Shown here piece after piece: positions 1 to 9,567 of a stretch of DNA of 64,000 nucleotides. The stretch's first letter is position 1, and each line of letters begins with the position of its first letter. Location: the NCBI GenBank assembly GCA_044226015.1, contig JBGAHS010000003.1, positions 416,001-480,000 of the forward strand, written 5' to 3'. This DNA comes from Candidatus Obscuribacteraceae bacterium (lineage in GTDB: Bacteria > Cyanobacteriota > Vampirovibrionia > Obscuribacterales > Obscuribacteraceae). The translations under genes were made by a program, and so were the position numbers. Below the pieces are notes generated by a model that had not been told where the DNA came from, made no database searches, and saw only the letters and a list, made by a program, of their open reading frames with translations.

Positions 1-1
1 A

Positions 2-1405
2 CGCGCAAAATGGTACACCGACACCATTCAGCAAAGTGAACTGGCGGATTACTCTCCAGTGAAAGGGTGCATGGTGATTCGACCTTACGGCTACGCGCTC
101 TGGGAAAATATTCAGCGCCCGCTCGACCAGATGATCAAAGACACAGGTCATCAAAACGCCTATTTCCCGCTCTTCATCCCTGAGTCGTTTTTGCAAAAGG
201 AAAAAGAGCACGTAGAAGGCTTCGCTCCCGAATGCGCAGTGGTCACGCACGGTGGCGGCAAAAAGCTCGAGGAGCCACTCATCGTTCGCCCGACTTCAGA
301 AACGATTATCAACTACATGTTCGCAAAATGGGTTCAATCCTGGCGCGATCTTCCTCTTCTCATCAACCAGTGGGCAAATGTTGTTCGCTGGGAAATGAGA
401 ACACGCTTATTTCTGCGCACAACAGAATTTCTCTGGCAAGAAGGACACACAGCTCACGCAACCGAAAAAGAGGCTGAGGAAGAAGCCGCAAAAATGCTCG
501 AAGTTTACCGCGACCTGGCCGAAAACTGGCTTGCACTGCCTGTTGTAACCGGGCAAAAAACTGATAACGAGCGCTTCCGCGGTGCAGTCCGCACCTACTG
601 TATCGAAGCTATGATGCGCGATGGCAAAGCGCTTCAGGCGGGCACCTCCCATTACCTCGGTCAGAATTTCGCCAAAGCGTTTAATATTCAATTCCAAAAC
701 CCCGCCGGTGAGCTGGAATACGCCTACCAGACCAGCTGGGGCGTTTCGACAAGGCTTGTCGGCGCAGTCGTGATGGGACATGGCGACGATAAAGGTCTAA
801 TTCTGCCACCAAAAATTGCTCCAATTCAGGTCGTCATAGTACCAATCTTCAAGAAAGACGAAGAGAAAGCCAAAGTGCTTGAGCGCTGCAACCAGATCTT
901 CGCTGAACTTAAAGGCAGCGGCGTTCGTGTTCATCTCGATGATCGCGAACAACACACACCAGGCTTTAAATTCAATCACTGGGAAGTCCGCGGCGTTCCT
1001 GTCAGATTGAACATTGGACCAAAAGACGTGGACAAAAACGTTGTGGAAGTGGTGCGCAGAGACAACGGCGAAAAGATGCGCGATGTCACTCAGGAAGGAC
1101 TCTCTGGCACAATCTCTGATTTGTTGAAAACCGTTCAGCAGAGCATTTTTGATCGCGCACTTGCGCTTCGGCAAGCCAATACGACCACAGTTTCCAGCTA
1201 CGACGAGTTCAAATCAGTTCTCAAAGAAAAGAACTGTTTTATCGAAGTTTTCTTCGCCGGAAGCAGTGAAGACGAGCTGAAAATCAAAGAAGAAACGAAA
1301 GCGACTGTTAGAGCAATTCCTTTCAAGCAGGAAGGAAGCGAAGGCAAGTGCTTCTACACCGGACAAGCAACGAACACTAAAGTGCTTTTTGCCATCGCCT
1401 ACTAG
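2..1405 (+). CDS. proS: Proline--tRNA ligase (archaeal/eukaryote-like type); 5' end lies upstream of the window
   Basis: Motifs RPTSET, QWANVVRWE, FLRTTEFLWQEGHT, QAGTSHYLGQNF, TSWGVSTR, anticodon-binding domain and C-terminal ..AY. The frame is open from base 2 (RAKWYTDTIQQSELADYSPVKG). Confidence 0.97.
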   Translation, partial: RAKWYTDTIQQSELADYSPVKGCMVIRPYGYALWENIQRPLDQMIKDTGHQNAYFPLFIPESFLQKEKEHVEGFAPECAVVTHGGGKKLEEPLIVRPTSETIINYMFAKWVQSWRDLPLLINQWANVVRWEMRTRLFLRTTEFLWQEGHTAHATEKEAEEEAAKMLEVYRDLAENWLALPVVTGQKTDNERFRGAVRTYCIEAMMRDGKALQAGTSHYLGQNFAKAFNIQFQNPAGELEYAYQTSWGVSTRLVGAVVMGHGDDKGLILPPKIAPIQVVIVPIFKKDEEKAKVLERCNQIFAELKGSGVRVHLDDREQHTPGFKFNHWEVRGVPVRLNIGPKDVDKNVVEVVRRDNGEKMRDVTQEGLSGTISDLLKTVQQSIFDRALALRQANTTTVSSYDEFKSVLKEKNCFIEVFFAGSSEDELKIKEETKATVRAIPFKQEGSEGKCFYTGQATNTKVLFAIAY

Positions 1406-1502
1406 GGTCAGAGAGTCCGCACAATACGCAGAAGGGCTTTATGGTGCTTAGTAGCACCGGCTGGGACAGGTTTGCTGGTCCTTGCAGATTGTGATGTTAA
1501 AT

Positions 1503-1900
1503 CGATACCGGTACCGTTTGAGTTCTTCAGCGAAAATCTTCGCTGTAATTGAAAACTCCACCGGTACCGATGGAGTTCCACGGTTTTTCTGCCAGCCAAG
1601 TGGACGAAGTTTTTTCCGAAAACTCCAGCAGCGGAGTTTTCATGTTTTTCTGCGCAATGGAACGCAATGATTTTCCTCAAAACTGAAGCGGTACCGGTGG
1701 GGTTCTCAGTTTTTTCTGCGCGCTGGGATGCGAAGATTTTCCTCAAAACTGAAGCGGTACCGGTGGGGTTCTCAGTTTTTTCTGCGCGCTGGGATGCGAA
1801 GATTTTCCTCAAAACTGAAGCGGTACCGGTGGAGTTCTCAGTTTTTTCTGCGCAGTGGGACGCGAAGATTTTCCTCAAAACTGAAGCGGTACCGGTATCG
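1503..1900. repeat. 66-bp tandem repeat array with inverted copies and 14-bp terminal inverted repeats (REP/MITE-like)
   Basis: GATTTTCCTCAAAACTGAAGCGGTACCGGT starts at 1669, 1735, 1801 and 1867. CGATACCGGTACCG (1503-1516) is the exact reverse complement of 1887-1900. A second inverted part-copy lies at 1551-1569. Confidence 0.92.
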
Positions 1901-2429
1901 CAAGATTCCAGTCTGAGATGCACTGCCCATCAGCTTGCGATATCGCACGGAAATATCTCAAGGTCGGCTTGTGTTGAGAACTCGCGTGAGCCTGCGGATG
2001 AATTAAACCGCTAAGTTAGCGAAAGCCAGTCGTGTGATTAACCCCTACTAAGCTTCACCTTCAGCTTTGCTTAAGGTGCAAATGCCTTGCGGCACAATGA
2101 CTTTCTCAGGGCTTGTGCGAGTCCCTGACTACCACCTTCATCACCCCTCACCCACAGACCTTGAAAACCAACAAGCCCAGGGAGTACTGTCTGGTGTCGC
2201 CGTTCACCCCCACCAGAACCCCAGGTCACCCTCCCAAGCCCATCCCTGGAAGAAACTTCAACTTAACTTACCTGCGCGTTGCAGGCCGGTTTGGTCTGGT
2301 ACTGGTGAACGAGTAGTTCTTCTTTCGTAAAACACTAAGACTCGACCTCTGCTTCTGCAACAGGAACTTCGGACCCGCGACATCCGAGGACATCCTGCGC
2401 AGCTGCATTGGAAGAAAGGAAAACACTGT

Positions 2430-4415
2430 ATGAATAACAGCAATGATTCTGTTTGGCTGCGCGCTTTGAAGGCGCTCGGCAACGGGGTTCTGACGCTTAT
2501 CGTCACGCCCTTCATGCTCTTGAATGAGCTTCGCCGCGAACTGAACAACACGGTTTATCAGAAAAACGACGGCTGGTTCCGCGCGATCATCGGCGGCATC
2601 CTCGCCTTCCTCGCGGCAGGCTACACTGGCTACCACCTCGGCTGGGTCTCGAACTGGTCCGCCTGGACCTGGGTTCCGTCCGGTGTCGGGGCTTGGTTCG
2701 CGACTTACTGTTACCTCTGGCCGCTCTTCTACCTCTTCCCCGTCAAACCAGCATTCAAGCTGGCTTCTCTGGGCTGGGACGGGCTCGAACGGGTGACCAA
2801 ACCTTATGCCGAACGCTTCTTCGGAGGCATCGTCAGCGCGCTGGGCAAAGTTCTGCCTGGCTCTGGCAACGCCTGGAAGAAGGTCAACGACAAAAAGGAG
2901 AATTGGGTCACCAAGATTGTCGGCGTCCTCTCGTACTTCGGCAGCGGCGCCACCGGCGTCTACGCTGGCTACAAGGTCTACGCCGTCATCGCTGCAGCCA
3001 GCAGCTCAGTGGTCTTTGGCACCACGGCTGGTGTCTTCTGCGGACTGCTTACCGCTCTGCTGTCCATCTCACTGTTCTGGCAGTGCATTGAGTACGGCAA
3101 GCTGAATTTCATCGCCATCGGGCTTGCAACGGGGCTTGACCTGATTTACCAACAGAAGGTGCTGGCTCTGGCTTCGCTGCTTCACGTCGAAGGCGCCTAT
3201 GTCTATGCACTGAATGCGGCGCTGCTGCTGACCTTCGTTGCCTATGTCTTCCCGCTTGCGCACCTCGCCCTGAGTGGAGGCTTCATCAAGTGGGTCATCG
3301 AGCAACTCAAGCCTATCAACAAAGAAACGTATGATGACCACGAGAAGGACTACGCCAAGTTCTTCCATAACGTCATGACCTTGTCCTTGACTGCTGTGGC
3401 TCTGTTCTACGCTGTCGGCTGGCTTGTTTCTGTGGGCATGCCTATCTGGGCGTTTACCGCGATGGCTGCTGTTCTGCTGCTTGTGTCGTATCTCTGGATC
3501 TATGAACTGCTCGACAATGGCGGCGGCAACTTCTTCCTGGGTGCAGGCATCTCTGTGTACGCTGGTTACAAGCTGGGCGCTTGCTACGTCGCCCTCGGTC
3601 TCACCGGTGGCTTGTGGATCGCCATCCCGCTGGGCATCGTCTCGGCTCTGCTCTTCGGTTACACGGCATTCCCCATCGCCTACGTCTTGCTCAAGCGCAC
3701 CAGCCTCAAAACTGGTCTGACTAAGACTGGCGTTGCGCTGGAGAAATTCCACACCAGCGTTGAGGAAAAGGCGAAGAAGGTCGCGGAAAAACTCTGGACG
3801 GTCTATGACAATAGCTACCGCGACCGCAGCGGCTATCAGGTCTGGTTCTGGCATGCTACCAACATCGCCATTGCCGTGCTGCTCGCCCTCAGCCTTCCCG
3901 TGCTCGGTGCTAAGGTACACATCGCCTGGCTCGCAACAGTGCTCTGCTCCATCACCGCACAAGTGGTGACTGGGCTGCTGTCCTACCTGCTGGTCGGAAA
4001 GTTCCTGCAGAAGAGCAACATCGGCAACGAGTTCCTCGGTGGCGTCAGCTCACTCGCGCTCGCGGTCTGGTTCTGCTCTGTGGCTGTGGCGACCGGCTCG
4101 TCCACTCTGGTGACAGTCCTCATCGGCTGCCTGGCTTGGGTAGTTGGCGTCGGGCTGCTCTTCCCCGCAGTGTACATTGCTTTCCGCTATCCCGCAAAGT
4201 ACGTGCTCGCCAGCTGGAGCACGAAGTTACTCGTCACTGTCTATGACTTCGCGTGGAGCTTGTTCTCAGTGGTTTGGGAACAAGTGCTTCGAGTCTACCG
4301 CGTCGTCGACAAAGCGCTGTTCGTTCCCTTGCGTGATGCCTTCATGGCAGCTATGCGGCGGGTGAATGACGCTTACAACTGGGTGCGCGACCGCATCATC
4401 GGTCGTCACGGCTAA
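2430..4415 (+). CDS. Large polytopic membrane protein with four internal repeats, function unknown
   Basis: 661-aa ORF with an AAAGGA RBS, strong C-ending codon bias and many hydrophobic helices. The repeated motif reads LWPLFY / VFPLAH / AFPIAY / LFPAVY. Confidence 0.85.
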   Translation: MNNSNDSVWLRALKALGNGVLTLIVTPFMLLNELRRELNNTVYQKNDGWFRAIIGGILAFLAAGYTGYHLGWVSNWSAWTWVPSGVGAWFATYCYLWPLFYLFPVKPAFKLASLGWDGLERVTKPYAERFFGGIVSALGKVLPGSGNAWKKVNDKKENWVTKIVGVLSYFGSGATGVYAGYKVYAVIAAASSSVVFGTTAGVFCGLLTALLSISLFWQCIEYGKLNFIAIGLATGLDLIYQQKVLALASLLHVEGAYVYALNAALLLTFVAYVFPLAHLALSGGFIKWVIEQLKPINKETYDDHEKDYAKFFHNVMTLSLTAVALFYAVGWLVSVGMPIWAFTAMAAVLLLVSYLWIYELLDNGGGNFFLGAGISVYAGYKLGACYVALGLTGGLWIAIPLGIVSALLFGYTAFPIAYVLLKRTSLKTGLTKTGVALEKFHTSVEEKAKKVAEKLWTVYDNSYRDRSGYQVWFWHATNIAIAVLLALSLPVLGAKVHIAWLATVLCSITAQVVTGLLSYLLVGKFLQKSNIGNEFLGGVSSLALAVWFCSVAVATGSSTLVTVLIGCLAWVVGVGLLFPAVYIAFRYPAKYVLASWSTKLLVTVYDFAWSLFSVVWEQVLRVYRVVDKALFVPLRDAFMAAMRRVNDAYNWVRDRIIGRHG

Positions 4416-4551
4416 GCAGTTGAATTGGATGGGCAGTGCGCAAGCACTGCCCGTCCAGGGCTAATGTATCTAGCAACAACGAAAGAGAGCGCAGCGCGTG
4501 CTGCGCTCTCACTCTGTTTTTCCACGAAGAATCTCCAATGGAGGAACTTGA

Positions 4552-5613
4552 ATGTACGATCGTTTGCTTACATATCCGCGCTTGCTCAAAACGAGCATCG
4601 CTCTGGCGCAAATCGCGCTTCTGGTGCTGAGCTACCGACTCTTCACTAACGGCTTCCACCTTGCCGAAGCAGGCACCGCCATCGGTATCAGTGTCTTCTG
4701 GCTGGGGCTGACCTGGGTGCGATTGAACGGACTGCTGCGCACCTATTACGACCACCTCTCTCGCATGCAAGTGGTCGTGCCAACGACCTGTGGCATCGCG
4801 CTTACGCTGGTGACGGCGTTTGCAGCATGCAAGCTTGAGATGCTTGGACTTGGATCTTTCGCCGCAGTTGTCTTTACCGGCTGGATGCTTGTTATTTACC
4901 GTTATCTCCAGAACAAGGCACTGTACAAGAAGCAAGGTCACGGTCCTGTACCGAAAGAAACCTGGGTCAATCCGGAGGCTGATGCTCTCCAGCCTGGCGA
5001 CCTGATTCTCACCAGCGGGCGCATGGCGGGTCGCCTGCACGACACTGTCGGACATGCCGAACTCGTGATCGCCGACGACAAGACCGGACATCTCCACACC
5101 ATAACCTCCTACATGGAGACCGGTGCGCGGATAAACCGACTCGACGTGGTGCTGCGGAAGTTGAAGCAGAAAGATGTTCACTACATCGCTCTTCGGCTGA
5201 AGACTCCGCTTACACCTGAGCAGAATTCACTCGCGGTAAAACTGGCTCAGCAGTATGTAGCAGCGAATGCAGCCTGGCGTGACCGAGCCAACGCCCGGCG
5301 TCAGCGCATCATCGCTTGCTTGCCGTTGCCTCGTGCTGCCAAAAACTGGCTGAGCAAGAAAACCCATGCCACCGGCTACGACTGGATGGGTTTGTTCATC
5401 GGTACCCGCGTGAAGAACCGCTGGACATGCATTGCCATCTGCATCGCCTGCCTGAAAGAGATAGGCGTACGCGTCAGCGACTACGGCACCGGCATGCTGG
5501 GCCTGGGCACCGGACTGCTCGACCCGATACAACCAGTGCGCCTGCTCGGTGACAAAGCATATCGACTCATCTCGCTCGACGACAAAGCGCGTTTTGAGAC
5601 GAAAAAGGACTGA
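4552..5613 (+). CDS. Membrane-anchored permuted papain-like (NlpC/P60, YiiX/YebB/LRAT-like) enzyme
   Basis: GGAGG RBS, about four N-terminal TM helices, then LQPGDLIL..GHAELV..YDW..WTC. His before Cys is the order seen in permuted NlpC/P60 enzymes. Confidence 0.7.
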   Translation: MYDRLLTYPRLLKTSIALAQIALLVLSYRLFTNGFHLAEAGTAIGISVFWLGLTWVRLNGLLRTYYDHLSRMQVVVPTTCGIALTLVTAFAACKLEMLGLGSFAAVVFTGWMLVIYRYLQNKALYKKQGHGPVPKETWVNPEADALQPGDLILTSGRMAGRLHDTVGHAELVIADDKTGHLHTITSYMETGARINRLDVVLRKLKQKDVHYIALRLKTPLTPEQNSLAVKLAQQYVAANAAWRDRANARRQRIIACLPLPRAAKNWLSKKTHATGYDWMGLFIGTRVKNRWTCIAICIACLKEIGVRVSDYGTGMLGLGTGLLDPIQPVRLLGDKAYRLISLDDKARFETKKD

Positions 5614-5703
5614 GCAACAAAACCCACAGGCGGGGTCCTCTTTCGAGGACTCCGCCGCCCTGTTTCTCAAGTTCACTTAACTCAATTCAAAGGAAATTAT
5701 TCT

Positions 5704-5949
5704 ATGACTGGTCACGAAGGAAACGTCTCCCCAATCTGGCTCTTTCTTCTCATTGGCGTCGGCATTCTCGGCGTCTGGGGACCGAAGAACACCACTTTGC
5801 GCTTCTGCTGCCTCGCCGCAGTCGGATTCATCACGCTGTTCACCACCGCCAGCGCTGGCGCCGCGACTGGCTCATTCGGAGCCTTCATCATCGCCGCCTG
5901 CTTCTTCGGCTACGTTGGCTACCTCCTCTTCCGCAGCCGGAAGAGCTAA
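5704..5949 (+). CDS. Small 3-TM membrane protein
   Basis: AAAGGA RBS, 81 hydrophobic aa, same codon bias as neighbours. Confidence 0.7.
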   Translation: MTGHEGNVSPIWLFLLIGVGILGVWGPKNTTLRFCCLAAVGFITLFTTASAGAATGSFGAFIIAACFFGYVGYLLFRSRKS

Positions 5950-6167
5950 GCCCCCAGAAGGAAAAGCGAAAGCGGGCGGAGTTCTCTTTTGAGAGCTCCG
6001 TCCGCTGGGCTGGGCTTCATCAGCATGAGCAGCGAGTTCGCACAAGGGCACTGAGCAACAAACGTCCCCGAATGAGGGATAGCTGTGAAATGGAACTACA
6101 GCCGTTCCACGCGGAAAACTCCGCAGCAAGGCTGGAAAACTGAACAGCACCTCTCAGGGATTTGTTC

Positions 6168-6458
6168 ATGGAACAGTTCATCATCGGTATCTTTTTGGGC
6201 TTACTCATCACAGCGCTGACCACAGACTGGGCTCGCAACGAAACAAACGCTCGCTTCGAACACCGTGTTCTGGGCGAACTTGCCATCGTAACAGTCACAA
6301 TGTGGATGCTTCTGCTGGCTGATGTACTGCTGCCGGTGTACATGCTCTACGCGAGCTACATTCTGGTGCGAGCTGTCGCACTACAAGTCGAATCGATTTG
6401 GCGAAATAAGAAGCTTGAGGGCTGCCATCTCCATGCGATTCATCGCCGTTTGGGCTGA
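6168..6458 (+). CDS. Small membrane protein
   Basis: Hydrophobic ORF (MEQFIIGIFLG...), co-oriented within the cassette. Confidence 0.55.
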   Translation: MEQFIIGIFLGLLITALTTDWARNETNARFEHRVLGELAIVTVTMWMLLLADVLLPVYMLYASYILVRAVALQVESIWRNKKLEGCHLHAIHRRLG

Positions 6459-6532
6459 AGGTAAGTGGCTAAAGAAGCAGTAACTCTGTCGACTTCATCC
6501 TCTCTACTTTCACACAAACAAGGAGAACAACC

Positions 6533-6628
6533 ATGTTAGGGGCAGCCATCCTGGGCCTGCTGCTTGCGATCATCCTCATCAAAAGCGATAAGCCGGGCAA
6601 TAACAACGACGATATCTACACCTTCTAG
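6533..6628 (+). CDS. 31-aa single-TM small protein (MLGAAILGLLLAIILIKSDKPGNNNDDIYTF)
   Basis: AAGGAG RBS 6 nt upstream of the ATG, hydrophobic helix plus polar tail; too short for the ORF track. Confidence 0.6.
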   Translation: MLGAAILGLLLAIILIKSDKPGNNNDDIYTF

Positions 6629-6724
6629 GTTGTAGGAACTCCAAACCTGAATTACATGCAGCATCAAAGAAGCGCGGTTTAGCGCTCGCTGCTTCAGACA
6701 TTTCAATTAACTCGGAGAACTAGA

Positions 6725-7222
6725 ATGAAACGCATTCTTTCCGTTGCGGCTCTTCTGCTCGTAAGCTACTTCGGCAGCTCTACCGTCCAAGCCGCGCCTC
6801 CCCATCACGGAGCTGGCGCTGGTGCGGGTGTCGCTGTCGGTCACAAGCACGTCGGGGCTGGCGTAGGTGTCGGCGTCGGTCACAAGCACGTCGGGGCTGG
6901 CGTCGGTGTCGGCGTCGGTCACAACCACGGTGCCGTGAACCTCGGCATCGGCTTCGGCATTGCCCGCGGTGGCATCAACCTGACGGTCGGCTCTGTCGGA
7001 TTCAATCAGCGTTACGTGATGGCCGGTCAAGCCTGGGTCAACGCGCCGTACATCTGGTACCAGTACGTGCCAGATCCGTTCACCGGCCGTGTTGTTCCCG
7101 TGCAACGCATCGGTTACACCCGCCGACTGGTCGTTCTGTACTACGACACCTGGCAAGGTGGCTACGGCTACTTTGACCAGTTCGGCAACCCGGTTCCATA
7201 CAACAACCGCTTGCCCTGGTAG
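6725..7222 (+). CDS. Secreted Gly/Val/His-repeat protein
   Basis: GGAG RBS, Sec signal peptide (..TVQA|APP), three 13-aa repeats of GAGVGVGVGHKHV, aromatic-rich C-terminus. Confidence 0.75.
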   Translation: MKRILSVAALLLVSYFGSSTVQAAPPHHGAGAGAGVAVGHKHVGAGVGVGVGHKHVGAGVGVGVGHNHGAVNLGIGFGIARGGINLTVGSVGFNQRYVMAGQAWVNAPYIWYQYVPDPFTGRVVPVQRIGYTRRLVVLYYDTWQGGYGYFDQFGNPVPYNNRLPW

Positions 7223-7303
7223 TTGGTAGACAATGGCAAACTCACCTCAAACACACGCATATGACCGTTCGTTGTAGAGTTTGCTATTGCCAATCGCATT
7301 GCG

Positions 7304-7341
7304 GCGAAGGAGTCGGTTTAATACCGACTCCTTCGCTTTTT
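7304..7341 (+). terminator. Rho-independent terminator
   Basis: 14-bp stem GCGAAGGAGTCGGT/ACCGACTCCTTCGC followed by a T run. Confidence 0.85.
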
Positions 7342-7535
7342 CGATTCGCCCAGCTTCATTTTCCCACTCCTTTTGACCTTTTTGACCTTTTTTTGATCAC
7401 AAAAGCACCACCGGCAGTACCACGCCAAGCACCATATAGAATCAAAGTGCGGCAGCTACAATAACCATTGCTTACTTAAACTTAGAAATCAGCTTTTTGA
7501 CGTCTTGGCTCAATCATCAAGACAAAAATACACGC

Positions 7536-8660
7536 TCAATTCTCCAGAGAAGCCAAGCTGTAAGCCATTTTCTCCTTCCGTAATTCCCGATCGGGACTGC
7601 TCACATCATCATCAAATTTCGAACCACTCAAGAATATTTTGAGAACTCGCTTTCCCAAATCCAGATCACCAGCAGAAAGTACATCCTCGATAAACATGGC
7701 CGCAGCTCGTGAACATGCGACATGCGAAGGATGCTTCGCAAACGACTTCTTCAAAAACCTGAGCTTTATTTCCAATCCCCTTTTCCTATTTTCCTTGAAA
7801 TCAATCCATGCAAGAAAAAGACTTGCGTACTGTTTCCAAAGACTGAAGCTACTATACTGCTTAGCTAACAGACTTAATCGTTGAGCAAAAACACGAGACT
7901 CCTTTAGATGTCCATATTGGATTGCGTGGGGAATCAGAAGGCAAAGTGCACCCACTCGTTCACCAAGATGATCACGCCCCTTCAATGAGAACTCAATTTC
8001 ACTGACAGCAAGCTTAATGAACATTGACTCAGTCACAGGGTCTTTGGAGTTCAGAGCTTTGTTCAAGTAAATCCGGGAAAGCTTCCTAGAAGCTGCCCCC
8101 AGAGAAGGATTGAACCTTCTTGCCTGCCGAATTAGCGACTCACTATATGCTGCATCAAACCGCGCAAAGAACCCTGCAGCATTCATCAGAATTACATAGT
8201 TTGTTGAATCAGCATCTATTATCTCTTTCCATTTTTGAGTTATGACATTTACTCGAATATCATTCCAAGAAAACTTTCTGGCATGCCATTCATTTCCCAG
8301 TTGACCGCAGCATGGACTGTAAGGATAGTTCTCGATAAACCAAAGCATCTGCTCAAAGTAAAGACTCGCAAACTGCTCTCTAGAGCCATAATATCCCATG
8401 AGCAACAGACGCAGATTCTTATTGGAAGATTCACCATGCAAACGTTGAATAGCCTCTTCTGCCTCAGCAGAGCTTATGTTTTGCCCCTGCAACAACAAGA
8501 GCATATCATCAGCACAATCGACCCTAGAATTGGCTCTCATCAGTGGGCTCCAACTGAACATGCCAGTCAATACTAACATCACGAATATAACTAGCAACAA
8601 AAACTCAAAACACACTCCCGCCAACACTGGGAGGAACACCAGGACCACTACCAATATCAA
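7536..8660 (-). CDS. Hypothetical helical (TPR-like) protein with N-terminal membrane anchor
   Basis: 374-aa ORF, AT-richer than neighbours, hydrophobic N-terminus; start uncertain. Confidence 0.6.
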   Translation of the reverse strand: MILVVVLVFLPVLAGVCFEFLLLVIFVMLVLTGMFSWSPLMRANSRVDCADDMLLLLQGQNISSAEAEEAIQRLHGESSNKNLRLLLMGYYGSREQFASLYFEQMLWFIENYPYSPCCGQLGNEWHARKFSWNDIRVNVITQKWKEIIDADSTNYVILMNAAGFFARFDAAYSESLIRQARRFNPSLGAASRKLSRIYLNKALNSKDPVTESMFIKLAVSEIEFSLKGRDHLGERVGALCLLIPHAIQYGHLKESRVFAQRLSLLAKQYSSFSLWKQYASLFLAWIDFKENRKRGLEIKLRFLKKSFAKHPSHVACSRAAAMFIEDVLSAGDLDLGKRVLKIFLSGSKFDDDVSSPDRELRKEKMAYSLASLEN

Positions 8661-8723
8661 CAGGCTAACAACCTTATAAGCCGCAACAGCACTTCAAATT
8701 TTCACAGCTTCGACTGGCTAACA

Positions 8724-9560
8724 TTAAACCGGCAAATCAAAATGCTTCAGTACGTTTAACAACAAATCTCGATGATCGAATGCTAGCGCATCGGGCTGAA
8801 GCAACTCAGAAACTGGCTTCAAATGAGCTTTACTGGCATCATCTCCGGCTTTCAATTGCTGCATTATTTCAAGCTTTCGTTCGTCACTCACCATCAATGC
8901 ATAACCCACATCAATTATGTGCGCACGCGGGTCACGCGATGGCGCAGACCGCACATCAATACAGACGAGCTCACCTGGATGCAAGCGTATAGAGCACTCC
9001 TCTTCCAATTCTCGATATGCTGCGTCTTCCATAGATTCAACCATGACTCTCAAAAAGCCACCAGGAAAAGCTTCTCGCCCAGCAAAGGGGTAGTGCAAAC
9101 GCTCGATTACGAGAGCTTGCGTTCCACTGTCAAACAATAAACAGACCGTCGAAGTGCAATCAGGTTTAGCGTAGGGGTAGATATGATAGCGTCCACTCCT
9201 GATGGAACCTACTACAGCTGGAGTTCGCGCCAATTGAAAAAGGTCGCTTTCAAGCTTGTTGAACTCAGCCAGCAGATCGCCAGCGTTGTAAAACGCATCG
9301 ACCATTACGAGAGGCCAGACTTTACGCTCAACAAGTGCTACGCAAATTTCTCGCAGGCGCTCTGGGGTGCAAGAGCCAGCAAGCACCGCAAAATGCTCAC
9401 TGCTAAGTTCTGCGGGCAAAGCTTCACCCGGCAAAATCTTGAATTGCTTATGCTTCGGCACTGTGCCTCGAAGAGCCCTCAGGTTCTCCTCAACATGAGG
9501 ATTTAGATCTGCAAGAGCAGTATCAGATTCTAAGTTCAGAAAACAAAATTGAGTCTCCAT
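8724..9560 (-). CDS. NUDIX hydrolase (ADP-ribose pyrophosphatase/NrtR-like domain)
   Basis: Nudix box PGGF..VESMEDAAYRELEEE, plus RDPR and LAFDH motifs. Confidence 0.88.
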   Translation of the reverse strand: METQFCFLNLESDTALADLNPHVEENLRALRGTVPKHKQFKILPGEALPAELSSEHFAVLAGSCTPERLREICVALVERKVWPLVMVDAFYNAGDLLAEFNKLESDLFQLARTPAVVGSIRSGRYHIYPYAKPDCTSTVCLLFDSGTQALVIERLHYPFAGREAFPGGFLRVMVESMEDAAYRELEEECSIRLHPGELVCIDVRSAPSRDPRAHIIDVGYALMVSDERKLEIMQQLKAGDDASKAHLKPVSELLQPDALAFDHRDLLLNVLKHFDLPV

Positions 9561-9567
9561 GCTAACC

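Noticed and set aside
1669..1900. CRISPR array
   Set aside because: The units are near-identical over their whole length, with no unique spacers and no cas genes adjacent.
1408..2014. ORFs 1408-1923(-), 1667-2014(+) and 1728-1916(+) as genes
   Set aside because: Several frames are open simply because the 66-bp unit lacks stops; no RBS or family support.
4416..6720. Integron attC sites between cassette genes
   Set aside because: No consistent RYYYAAC...GTTRRRY ends and no integrase in the window.
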